Shown piece after piece: positions 37,722 to 49,149 of a stretch of DNA of 64,000 bases (position 1 is its first letter; every line of letters begins with the position of its first letter). The DNA is taken from assembly GCA_036172245.1 (NCBI GenBank), contig JAYWIR010000006.1:1054001-1118000 (forward strand). Direction: 5' to 3'. A program made the translations under genes and the position numbers. Below the pieces are notes generated by a model. The model had not been told where the DNA came from, searched no databases, and saw only the letters and a list, made by a program, of their open reading frames with translations. The stretch comes from Raillietiella orientalis. Lineage: Eukaryota.

Positions 37722-40700
37722 CTGGGTGAGGCGGGGAGGAACACGTCCCACTGGACCGGCGGCGGGACCCAGCGCACGCCAGGGCGCGGGACGCGCGAGA
37801 CGGAGATCCCCGGGGAGAGCAAGGTCAAACGCGGGCGGGGCGCGTGCTCCGGCGTCGACGACCTCGCAAAGCGGCCAACGCGAGCGCAGAAGGCTCCCTC
37901 CCCCATCCTCGTCTCGAGAGCAGGTCAGCCCGTCCAAATGTCTCGCCCGCAATAACGGCGGCAGGACGCCTGCGGCGCCGCCGAAGACCGGAAGCACGGG
38001 AAGGCGAAGGGAGGAAGAGGGCGCGGCGATCTTCGCGCCGTTTCGCGAGCGGTCCCTCGTGCCGAGCGAGCCAGGCGCCAAAAAAGGAAGAGAAGGGGGG
38101 GGAAAAAAAAAAACGTCTGGCGCGGAAGGCGCCGATCGCAAAAGAGTCGGGGTGGTTCCATCCCGGAGGAAGTTCCGCCGGCTGCATCGATCGCAGTCGA
38201 AAGAATCACACGGCACGGAGGAATTCCGAGGTCCCTGATAACGCGAAAGGTCAGCTTCTGCGCAGCTTCGCCGCATGCAGCCGCACCGTACGAAAAGCAG
38301 CACAAAGAGCATTCGGACGCGGACGGACGCAGCGTGAAAGACGCGCCATCCGCTTGGAAGCGACGACGGTTGTTGCGTTCTTCAATGCGCGGCGAACTCC
38401 GAAAAGAACGGCGTTCCGAGGCGCGCGGGGATGTTCCGCCCCTGCGAGGCACGCCAAGGGTGGCACACGTTTAGAAAACGCATCTGTTCACCCTTGTCTA
38501 AAACTCAAGTGACCGGGGGAACACGTACGTACTCGGTGTGTACGGCATAGCACAATGTCTGCGGTGTCAGATGCGTGTAACGTATACGTATTGCTACTCC
38601 CTTATTTGGATCCTTCGGCTAAAGTGAAATCCCTTGTGGACACTTCGGTTATGGGGATCAAAATGTGGAAGTTTTCACTTCTGATGTACTTTTTTCAGTT
38701 TGGGGGAGTGGCTTTTCGCTTCCCTGGTACTCTCTTCGCCGCAGTGCTTTCTTGCCAGGAACAAATTCTCTTCGGTGGGCATGCTCTCTACAACTCCAAA
38801 CTGCAACAGAAATGTCGAGTTCTGAGCACTCCGAGCGGCCAATTTTTGCGTTTGTTCCTTTTTTTTTTTTTTCTTTTCTTTATACGCTGAGACAATGCAA
38901 CGCTCGTGGGTGTTTTTCGATCCTTCGGCGCTGATCAGAAGGGTGGTCAAAGGCTTCGGGGCGTTGCCACCCGGGACAGCAACTCGCGGCGCCCGACAGG
39001 GGGAGGTGAGAGGAAACCTCGGGACACGTAATTCGTTTCGAAGCGCTGACCAAAGAAGGAATTCTCTCCGGGGAACGGGAAGGGGATTCTGGCGCTGGCA
39101 CGCAAAGCACTCGGGAAGGCGAGCAGGCGCGCGCCCGTCGGACTGGAACAAACTGCTGGGACACACCGCGCGCGGACGGACCACCCGATGGAGGGCGCTT
39201 TCGGCTACGACCGCTGAACGCGGGATGCCCCAAGGCGGGCGTCCATTCGCGGGGGCGCCTTTGCGCGTGCCGCGGTGGTGTACACGGCATCAAGAAGGCA
39301 ATCCATGCGGACATCCAGCCCACGGTTGCAACGAATTACGAGTTGGCAGGAGATTCAGGTCAAGGCATCCAAGAAGCACCTTGGTTGGTGCACACATACC
39401 TCGCTGGGACGCTTTTCAAGAACAAATTCCAGAACCTGTACCTCGGATTTCAAACGTGGGCGCAAACGCCGAAGATTCTTCCGAAGAATAACTGCAAATT
39501 TCAACTTCCGAATAAAGGAAACGGATGAAGTTCACGCCTGTTGCCTGGTTACTTAAATCAGACCAGTCCTCGCACACGTCTCGAGTAGCGAAGACACGCT
39601 TTGCACGCGCAAGGTAACCCTGACGAAGCGAAGACACAGTGGACCCAAGATACGGGTGTTCCCCACGCTTCCCAAACGCGAGCAAGAGCAAACTGTGGAG
39701 GAACTGTGGATTTCGGAACGTCGAGACAGAGCGAGGGCGAGCGGGAGGCCCGGGGAGTCGTTCCCCGCTCGATCCAGGAAGGTGCGGAGGGCGAGGTGCC
39801 GAGCCGCCGGGAACAGGGATCAATGGGAAGCCTCTCTCGTTTTCGATCCCGGTCGTCTCCAGCACTTCCATGGCGGCGGGCACCCGAGCGCGTCTCGAAA
39901 GAGGAGGAGGGGCAGAGCAGACCGCGGCGGGACCCCGGTCCGCAGGGGGCCACAGACACAGCGGACTCGGCCTGGCCACGAACGAGACGGCCGCCGCCAA
40001 TTCCGTTCCGTTCGCAACGGCAGCCTTTCGCCTCTAGCAGTTTTTTTTTTTCTCGCTCCGGAGGCGACCGCCGGACGCCAGCCCCGACGACACCCGAAGG
40101 GGCGGGCGAAGGGCGCCAACGCCCGTTAGCGCTGGGTCGGGCGCCTCGAAGCGGGCGCGCTCCGACGACACGCTAGTTCGCAAGGCGGCCGCCGCCGTCG
40201 CGGCGCGCGCGCTACTCGACGCCGGACGAGTCCATGTGGGGGGAACAGTTCGGCAGCGGTCGGACGGGTCCAAAGCGGGGCGGAAGCGCAGCGGAGGCTC
40301 CGGACGGCGGGCGGGCCCGCTCGGGGAGGCGGTCGCTCCCTCGGCCCGCCTGTCGCAGACGGAGACGTCGTTTCGAAGGCGCTCGCGCAGCGGAACGCCC
40401 AGTCTCGGGGTTTCGCTCGGCCCACGGCACGCCCGCCGCCCCGCGCGACGGCCTGCCCACCGCGCTTGCGCCTGCGCGCGCGCTCGCGCCAGGCTGAGAG
40501 GGTCGGCTGCGCGGAGGCGAGCACCCGGCAGAGGGCTGGTCGGACGGCGCGAGGGTAGGGAGCGGGCGCGGGAGCGGGAGGGCGCGCGCTCGCTCGCTCG
40601 CATGCTTCCGGGTGCCTCTGGCGCGCAATCCTAGCGGGCGCTCCCCCATGGCGCTTCCCCTGCGCAAGGCAGCGTGGTGCGCGCGCGCGTGCGTGCGAGC

Positions 40701-42879
40701 GGGGAGGGGGAGGGGGGGAGGGAGCGGATGTTCGAGGAGGTCAGGTCCGTGCCAGGGCATCCGCGTATGAACTTAGAGTCTTCGCGCCATCCGAGCCAAG
40801 CACCCCAGGGTCCCACTGGGAACCGCGAGAGGGAGAATGCCTGCATGGGTGTCGAGAGCGCTCGACGGCAGCAGACGGTACTGGAGGGAGGAACGAGGGC
40901 GGTGACGTCATCTGTCTAGCGGCCTGCACGCGCGGCAGACGACAACGACGCGGGAACCGTCGGATGGAGAAGAAGCAGCGAAGCCCGGTGTTCCCTTCGC
41001 TGGCCACTCGAGTCGATCCGCCGCTCCCGCCGGAAAAGCAGCCACCGACCGGTGGCCCGGAAGCGGTGGCGGAGCGACCTCCAGAAGGCTGCCGACCACG
41101 CGAACCGGACGCTGCGCGCGGCGCTTCCGAGCGCCCCGGGCAAACTTGTTGCCTGGGCACCGTCCAATTCTTCCGCTTCCGTCGCCGGCTCGCTAAGCTC
41201 CCCCTCCTAGCCACGGGCAGCTATGCCATCCGCGAGAGCGGCCCGGTCCTCCGCTCTATGGCTCTTGGCACCACCACCGAAAGCAGCCCGAGGAGACTGC
41301 CGTTGTAACCCTCGATCCCGAGGCGCACCGTCGCCAACGGCCACCTCCTCCAGTCCCCCTGCAGCGCGCCTCCCTTGCTGCAGGTACGTCGCCGAGCTTC
41401 TCGCGCCCATACGCTCGGGGCGCAGCGGTCGCTCGCTCGCCGCGACAGAGGACGCCGGCGCAATCAGGGCTCCACAGCGCGTGCGCGACGCAGGTAGACC
41501 CCTCCTGCGGCGCCACTCCCATGGAGAAAGCTGCGCGAGAGTAGAGGGCTGCAGCCCCGGGTCCCGCCATGCTCCATCGGCACTCAGGTGCCGCCTTCTG
41601 TGCAGGTGTCCCGGGCTGTCGATGTCAGCAGCCCAGGGTGACGCGCAACACGCCGGCTCTTCCTCACTCCTCCCACGCACGCGCACCACCACCCGCCACT
41701 GCGACACTCCTGCCGAACGGCGCAGTCACCCGTACCGCCGCCCTATAGTGCCGTCGTCGCCACAGGGAGGGCAGTCGTCCTCCTACCCCTTACGCAGTGA
41801 CCGCCCTTGCCAGCGGCTCGCTTGCATCCTAAAGACGATGCCGCGCCGCCTGCACGCTCGTCCGCCCGGTCAGGCATCTGACCAGGAGGACGCGAGGGCA
41901 GGCGGGAGACGGGCGATGGCGGGAAACGTGGAGTCCCCTGTGCGCCTCTCCCGTTGGAGTCTCTAGCGAGACACCTGCCGAAGACGCCGCGCAGCTGAGC
42001 GGGACTGCGTGCTCCCGGGAAGCGCGCAGTTTTGACAGTCGCCCTGTCATCGTCGAAGGATGACGGGGAGCTAGCCAATGACAACAGCTCCAAGGAGACG
42101 AGAAATCGCTGAGCAGCAGCCGCGCCCGCGCCAGCAGTCCTCCGCCTCCGGGTCCGGCAGCCTCGTCAGGCAGGGCAGGAGCAAAGAGCAGGTGCGTCCT
42201 TCCGGTCAACGAAGAGCGCCAACGGGCCGCCCGCCGACTTCAGAACGACAACCGGCAACCCCCGACCCACCCACTGCAAAACGGTCCCGGCGCCAATCGA
42301 TGCGCGCGCGCCAACGAACAGGTGACGCTGGTGGTGCACCCTGGCCCTCGTTCTCGCACCCCGCAAGGGACCCAGCTCGCCAAGCGACCAGCGTCCCCGC
42401 AACCGACACGGCGGCTCCCCACCTCCCCCTCCGTCACCCAGGAGAACAAGCCACTTCTTCGAAAAATAGAATCCTTTCATTTCTGCGCGCTTTGCTCCAG
42501 ACGGGAGGCCTCCCCTGCCCGGCAGCCGCTGGTCACGTGAGCACCAAATCCTCACGAGCGCCCATCGGTCGGCTGTCGTGAGATCAAACTGGACGTCTGG
42601 TTGGGCGACTTCAATGGCTCACCACTTGTGCGCGGGCGCAAGGAACTTCCCTAGCCGGACACTGATCTCTTTCAGGGCGAGACCTGGGCAGTAACCAGCC
42701 GGCCGGATGGGAGATCCGATGCGAGATCGGTGGAAGAGCGAAGGAATTAGGTGGTTGGACAACGGGCCTGCTCACGGACTCTGCGACCCCAAGTGCCCCA
42801 TCGAAAAGACTATTGCGCTGGGGCGAGCTGCTGAGAATCCCACAGAAAGACCCCATCGAGTGGCCTCCAGCTGCGCTGA

Positions 42880-43700
42880 GAATAACCGGGTCCTCCCCCC
42901 TCTGAAGTGGTAGGAGTCGGCACTGGAGGCTCCCATGCAACGCCTGCCGCTCTCGCTGGAACCGGGGGACTGTGAACCCCAACTGTTGCAGGTGCGGGGA
43001 ACGGGAATCCCAGCTCCCTCACCTGCTTGTAGGCTGTGTTGCCCTCCGGCCCCTGTGGTAGCCTTATGTAACGTGCGCACCAACGGAACGCTTCACGATT
43101 TTGCGTGTCGTCCTTGCGCAGGGGTCACGCCAATCTTCTCTGTATCGTTTCAATTTTAGTTTACGTAAAGACGAAGCGTGTACATATAATAAAATGAACG
43201 GGCAATCCCTTGGAGCACGGACGGACAATCTCGGGGACGCCTCTTCGTGTGCGACGCCTTTTCGCCTGGCGCATCCCCAGCAGCTCTTTGCTGCTGCCTA
43301 CGTGGGATTGTGGCGGCCTGGAGCCACTCGAGAGGAGGACGGCGTTGTGGGGACGTCATCTGCTTCTCTTTGCGCTTCCTGCGGACGGCTACAAAATGAT
43401 GGCCCTCTCTGGGGCATACTCCGATGGAACTTCCCAACATCCTTCCCAGGATGCCGGGAGGGCGTCCTCCAGCTCCCGGTGATCCCTTCCCCAACCCTCC
43501 CAATTTTTTGTATATATTGTTTTGCTTTATTTTTATTTTTGTTTGCCCCTCCTCCTCTGTTGCTGAGGAGAACCTCGCCGGCCTGCGTGCCGGTTACTCG
43601 GTAGGTTCCGAGTATTCTCGGACGATGTAGGGAGATGGCCCTACACATGTATGTTTATTTTCTATAATAAACGTCCCTGCGTGACCGGATGAGAAACCAA
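42880..43700 (+). mobile_element. Decayed L1/Tx1-like LINE 3' end (may extend upstream to about 40.9 kb)
   Basis: LPCNACRSRWNRGTVNPNCCRCGERESQLPHLLVGCVALRPLW (42930-43058) with a CCHC knuckle; cctacgtgggattgt..cctggagc is shared with the 27.8 kb copy; T-rich tail with AATAAA near 43666. Confidence 0.75.
43067..43227 (+). mobile_element. Candidate 161-bp solo LTR inserted in the LINE relic
   Basis: AT-richer insert absent from the homologous 27.8 kb copy; starts TGTAAC, ends GGACA, internal AATAAA; no clear target-site duplication. Confidence 0.45.
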
Positions 43701-44008
43701 GGAGGGTGCGCGGCGGCTGGGAAACCAAGGAAACGGCGCGCGATCGGCGAGAGCGGGGCAGCTCGGGAAAGCACCGGCAGCATCGTCCGGGGTCCGCGCG
43801 CACGAGCTGCCTCCCCGGCGGAAAGGGCGCTAATGTGGGGAACGCGTGACTCCACCCCTTTTCGAAGCAGGAAAGGGGTTGTTGGCTAGGCTCGCTCTTC
43901 GCATCGGCTCCGCCTGACTCCGCTTCGACCGTCCGCGGGAAGAATCGGAGGCTCTGGAGCCGACTTTCCGGCTCCGTCGCTACCTCCCCGCGCCATCTCC
44001 TGTTGCAG

Positions 44009-44677
44009 AAGCACTTCGGATTCCCCGGGGAAGGTGCTCTTGAGGGAGCCGCGCGCGAAGAAAGCGCGGGAGCCCGTCCTGAGTCTCGGAACTCCGGCGA
44101 GCGCGCGCCGCCGGCCGCTGTGCTCCTTCTTCTCGCTCAGGGAGGTGTCCGGACAGCAGCGGATCCCAGAAGACGGCAGTCGCGGTTCCCGCATTCAGAG
44201 GCAGACTCCGGTATCGCACAGGCAACCGGTTGCCTGTGCGATACCGGAGCTCTCCCGGGCGTCGTTTCCTTGGTTTACCGGCCGTCGCACTCCCTCCTTG
44301 GCGCGCCCTTTCGGTCGCCCGCGCTGGCACGGCTGCATGGATGCGAGGAAGTGCCGACTCCCGCACGACCCTCCACCCCTCTCCTCTCTGCGGACCACAG
44401 GAACTGGGGCGCCGAGCGGGGACTGCCCCAGGGCTTCGCCTTGACTTCCCGTTCCCTTGCATTGCAGCAGTCCCTGAGCAAGGCGCTGGGCCTGAAGCTG
44501 AGGAGCGAGCTGGGGAGGAGCTGCACCGCCGAGGAAGAGCAGATGAACGCGGAAGACGGCGTGCCCGTAGAACAGCAGCAGCAGCAGCAGCAGCTGCGGA
44601 ACTTCCCGAAGAACGAGAACGGGGGATCCAAAGACCCGTTCTCCAGCATCTCCTCCGTGATAGTGGCTCCCATTTGA
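44009..44677 (+). CDS. Last two exons of an unknown gene (poly-Q in the final exon)
   Basis: Exon 44009-44210 STSDSPGKVLLREPRAKK..RQTP, phase-0 intron 44211-44467 with a CAGCAG acceptor, then QSLSKALGLKLRSELG..EQQQQQQQLRNF..VIVAPI*; GC3-rich codons. Confidence 0.5.
   Translation, partial: KHFGFPGEGALEGAAREESAGARPESRNSGERAPPAAVLLLLAQGGVRTAADPRRRQSRFPHSEADSGIAQATGCLCDTGALPGVVSLVYRPSHSLLGAPFRSPALARLHGCEEVPTPARPSTPLLSADHRNWGAERGLPQGFALTSRSLALQQSLSKALGLKLRSELGRSCTAEEEQMNAEDGVPVEQQQQQQQLRNFPKNENGGSKDPFSSISSVIVAPI
44206..44249. repeat. Perfect 44-bp palindrome
   Basis: ctccggtatcgcacaggcaacc|ggttgcctgtgcgataccggag; the two halves are exact reverse complements. Confidence 0.97.
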
Positions 44678-45108
44678 CGCTCGCCTCCCTCTCGCCTGGT
44701 TCGGGAAGAAACGGGAAGGCGCCCCGGGCGCGGAGCGGTCCTGCGACGAGTCGGAGGACGATAGGACGGCGGGGGGGCGTTGTCGTCTGGTGCTTTCCGT
44801 CCTCTCCCTTGTGACGTCACGGAGACATTGCCGGGCAGGGAGGGCCTCTGGGATAGCACGGGCATTCCAGGACCGTCTTGAGGAGGAAAGCTTGGACGGA
44901 CATCAGCTGTTTGGAAGAGCGAAAGGAGTGGGAAAGAATGGCCAGTGGCCGGGTCAAAAGAAGATGTTTACTGTTAGCCAGCTCCACTGCTGGCTTCATG
45001 CAGTCTAAAAATAGAACGGAGGTCGCATGGGAGCGTCCCTCCTCGTTGCGGCCAGCGGCGGAGGACCCTCAGTCTACGTTCCCCTTCCCCTTGTGCTTCT
45101 CCCGTTCC

Positions 45109-47833
45109 TCATTCTCGCGGGGTTGCGTGGCTTTCCGGAACGGACGGGGGCCTCCCTGGTGCGGTGGGCGACCGGAGCTGCTCCCGGAAGGCGTTCAGGA
45201 GCGTCTCGGTCTCCGAAAGCCACCTGCGGCCGGAGACGATCCTCTCTCGGAGCTCCCCGGAGCGCATCGCTTCCAGCTGCGCGAGGCACGCGAGCGCCTC
45301 GGGGCACCGGTCGGGGAGGATGCCGACGGTCTGCTGACCGCTGACCTCAGCCCTCGGCATCCGGGCGGCAGCTTCAAGGGACGCCTCGGCCGCCCGCGCC
45401 TCCTCTTCTGCTTCCCGCCGCGCGCCTTCCTCCACCTCGGCCTCCTCCAGGATGTGCCGCAGCTTCTCCTCCCGGCGCAGCACCTGCAAAAGTGGGGGAC
45501 GGAAGAAGGGAAGGGGGCGGTACCGCCCGCCCACCTCGTCCCTCCTCCCCTTCTTCGCCGTTGCCTACCTCCTCGGCGGCGGCGGCCGCCCTCCTGCGCG
45601 CGTCCTCGCTCCTGCTCATTAGGAGCACCCTCTCCCTGTCCAGTTTTCCCAGCAAGCGCTGCGTCGCCCCCTCCCACCGCCTGCCGAGGGGGGAGCCGGG
45701 AGTACGCCGCCGCTCCCGGGGCACCGCAGGTCCCACCCCACCGAGGGCCGACAGGGCGCTCCGACGCGCCGGCGTGGGCGGCGGCCTGGAGGCTTTCTCG
45801 CCCGGCCCCCTCTGGAGCTCCCGCCGCCGGCGCTCCAGGGCCGCTGACGCGGCCACCAGCTGCTCCCGGGCAATCACTGCTCGCTTCTCCAGGAGCTCCT
45901 TGTAGTCCAGGGCGTCCTTCAGCTGTAGAGGGAATGGAGAGATCATGGTAGGGTAAGGATGGTCAGATATTCTTCCAGTGCGGGGAAGTGACGGGACGTG
46001 CGTGGGGGGAGGGAGGGGGGAAGTGGCAGTCTCCCGTAGGAACGCGCGGACGATGAGGCGCGGTGAGCGGGGGTGTTCGGAAGCTTGCGGAGAGGTAACC
46101 GCGGCGCGAGGCGACACCGGTTTGCCCGGAATGGCACGTGGTCCTTGCCGCGCAGAGTGAAAGGGCGAACGGGGGTGTTCAAAAGGAAGAGGGGCAGGAA
46201 AGGTGCCAGAGGCTCACAAGGGTGCACGCGGGGGACCGCGAAAGACTCTCCCCTCCCACCTCACTCCCCCTCGCACTTACCAGGATGCGCTGGTCTTCCA
46301 AGACGGCCACCAGGTGGGTCTGCTCGTCCTTCACGTTGGAGATGGCGCAGACGAGGTCGTTCGCCTGCTGACCCAGAAGGACTTCTTGCCGGCTCCTCGC
46401 TCCCCTGTCGGCTTCCGCCTGGAACTTCAGCTCAACCTGCTCCCGGATGAGCTGCAGGGCGTGCTCCTGGCCGTCCCGGATGGCGAGCGCGCGGGCACGC
46501 GCGGCCTCGGCCAGGGCCCTGCGCGTCGCTCGCGCGTCGCTCAGGTTGTTCCGCAGCTCCTGGGTGAGGGGCAGCCACGCCTCGCGGTCGCGCTCCAGGG
46601 ACGACAGCTGCACACCCAGCTGCCGGAGGAGGTCGTCAAGTAGGCGCACCTGACCGCGGAGGATGAGCGTGAGGGAAGGCAACTGACCGGCCCCGGGGCG
46701 ACGACCCCTCGCCGGAAGCCCCGCGAGCCTCCAAGCCGCCCCCGAGGCGAGCGATGAAAGCGCGCGAAGGGGGCGGTGCCTGGCGAGGGACCGCCTCGTG
46801 CCTCGAAGAGCGGGTGGGGAGGGGCGCTTACCCTCTCCCTGCCTCGGTCGGCCTGGACCCGCAACTTCCTCTCCTTCAGCAGCCGCTGGTCCTCCTCCAC
46901 ACCCACCAGCATCCGGCGCATCCCGAATCGGCCGACGTCCTCGGCAGCCGACCGCAGGGCGCGGACCTCTTCGGCGGCGCGGCAGAGGTCCTGCCGCGCC
47001 TCCCGGGCCCTCCCCAGGAGCGACGCCCGCTGCCTGCTCAGCTCGCCTTCCCGGTCACCGATCCTCCGGCAGAGTTTCTTCACCGCCAACAGGCGGCGCC
47101 GGGCTTTGAGGTTCGCCTGTCTCCTCCGGGACGCTTCCCCCTCCACCCGGGACAGCTCTGACGACGCCTCCTGCCTCCTTTCCCGCAGTTCCGCCAGCTG
47201 CGGAAGAAGGAAGGGAGGGTGGGAAAGGGAGTTCGAGGGGCGCCCCCTTCCCACAATCCTCCCCCGTTTTCGGGATCTCATCAGCAGCTCCGCTCGAGGC
47301 GAAAACCCCGGAAGACATCGGAGAGGGTGGGTCCGGGAAGCGGTTGCACTCCTCCCCACTTCCCCCCCATCCTTTTCCCGCCCGGAAGCATCGCCGGAGG
47401 AAAGAAGAAGCAGAGCTGGTCGTAAGGGAGAGGAAGGAGGCACGGGAGAAGCGCTCCGACTGACCTCTTCCTGGACGCACTTCCTCCTAGAGACCAGGGC
47501 GCCCTTCGACATCGCCACGTCCTCGGCCTGCTGTCGCAGCCTCTCGAGGGCGCGACCTAGGGAGAACTCCTCCTCCCGGCAGCGCCTGTGCCGCTCGAAG
47601 GCCGCCTCCAGGAACTCCTCCGCCCGCCGGAGGTCCCCCGCCGAGGTCAGGTCCCCCTCGTTCCTCTCCTCCTGGACACTCGCCCTCGTCTCGTCGAACT
47701 CCTGGGTCGCGCGGAGGGCGCTCCGCGAGCGAGCGCTCTCATGCCGCAGTCTGGCAACCTCTTCCCGCACGGCCACGATCCTCTCTTCCAGGAAATGTAG
47801 TCTTCCCTCGAGAGATTCCTGTTCCAGGAGGCA
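45109..47833 (-). CDS. Unassigned multi-exon Arg/Glu-rich coiled-coil protein (ends uncertain)
   Basis: Phase-0 exon chain CLLEQESLEGRLHFLEERI..VQEE | LAELRERRQEASSEL..GRER | VRLLDDLLRQLG..DQRIL | LKDALDYKELLEKR..AAEE | VLRREEKLRHILEE, with canonical donors (gtcagt, gtaagc, gtaagt, gtaggc). Confidence 0.7.
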
Positions 47834-49149
47834 CTGCGGGGGAGAAATGAGCAGTTAGTGCGCGGCGCAGGGACGCACTTCGGAAGGAATGGGGACTGGA
47901 AAAGGAGGAGGAGGAAGAGGAAAGGAGGGAGAAGAAGGGAGGGAAGGAGGGAGGGAAGAGAGGGAGAAAAAGAGGAAGAAGAAAAGACTCTTCGTACAGA
48001 ATCCGTGAGTCCCAGGAGCCTGCCGGTCGCAGAGACTCCAGAAGCCCACGTGCATCTTGGAGCTGGAAAAGGAGGATGGAAAAACGAAGCAGCCACATTC
48101 GAGGGAGACTGCAGGAGTAGGAAGTGGCCTTCAGGAGAATTCCGGAGCGAGACGATAACCCAATCCGTGCCCCCTCCCGGTCACCCGCATCCAGGTCGAC
48201 TTGCTGGCAGAAGTGGGGCGACGGGCCCTGACCGTGGCTCTTGAGGAAGATGACCGCCAGTCGGGTCATCGCTTCACCATCTGCTGCCGCCCGACCAGTT
48301 GAGGTGCATCTCACCTCATCGTCTATTGCCGATCCTTTTTTCTCCTCCCCCTGTTCGGATCCTCGGTTTCCTGGCGGGCGGACGACCTCGCTCCGAGCAC
48401 CCTGGAAGCTTTTCTGGCTGGTCAGGATGTTAAAGTTGCCTGAGGCGTCCCTCACTAAGAGAAGGGGGGAAAGGAGGAGGGAGGGACGAAATGGAACGAC
48501 TGTCTGGAACCGCGCTCCTTCCCCTCTTTCCCCAGCCGCATTTTCCATGGGGAGTTCCGCGGGAGGGGGGTGGGCATCCAATCGATTCAACTGGTTCGTG
48601 GAGTCCGCCTGAGGCCCGTCGCGCGTGCGCGAACAACGCGCACCGGCGCCACCCCAGGCAGCTCGCTGCAACTTTGAAGACGCTCCGTGAGAGGTGCTTT
48701 TGTGCACGAGCAGCCGAGCCGGGCAGCCCAATTGAGGATTTTGCTCGCTGCAGCTTCTGTTCTCCTCCGGGAGTGCAGATCCCTCGCTCGGTGCGCCGAG
48801 AGCACGACGCAGTTGGAGAGAATCCGCTAGGCGACGGATGCATGCCTCCGGGAGCACCTCCCCCGCCTGCCACTACCCTCGCTTCCCGGATTCGACTGGA
48901 TCTGCGACAGGACCCCGCTCCGAGGTGTGACGTAACGCGCGGTTCACTGTCGGTGGGACGCGCTGCACCGCTCGCTCCGCCCGGGGCGGAGCGCACTTCA
49001 CTGGGATCCCTCTTCCACGCGGGGGGCATGCGCAGTCGGAGCTGCACAGCTCACGCACAAATCGAATGTTATGAGGGATGAGGGGGGGGGGGGCGAGAAG
49101 GGAAGGGAGAGAGGCCCATTTGAAGGGAGGGGGGAAGGGGATCGTACTC

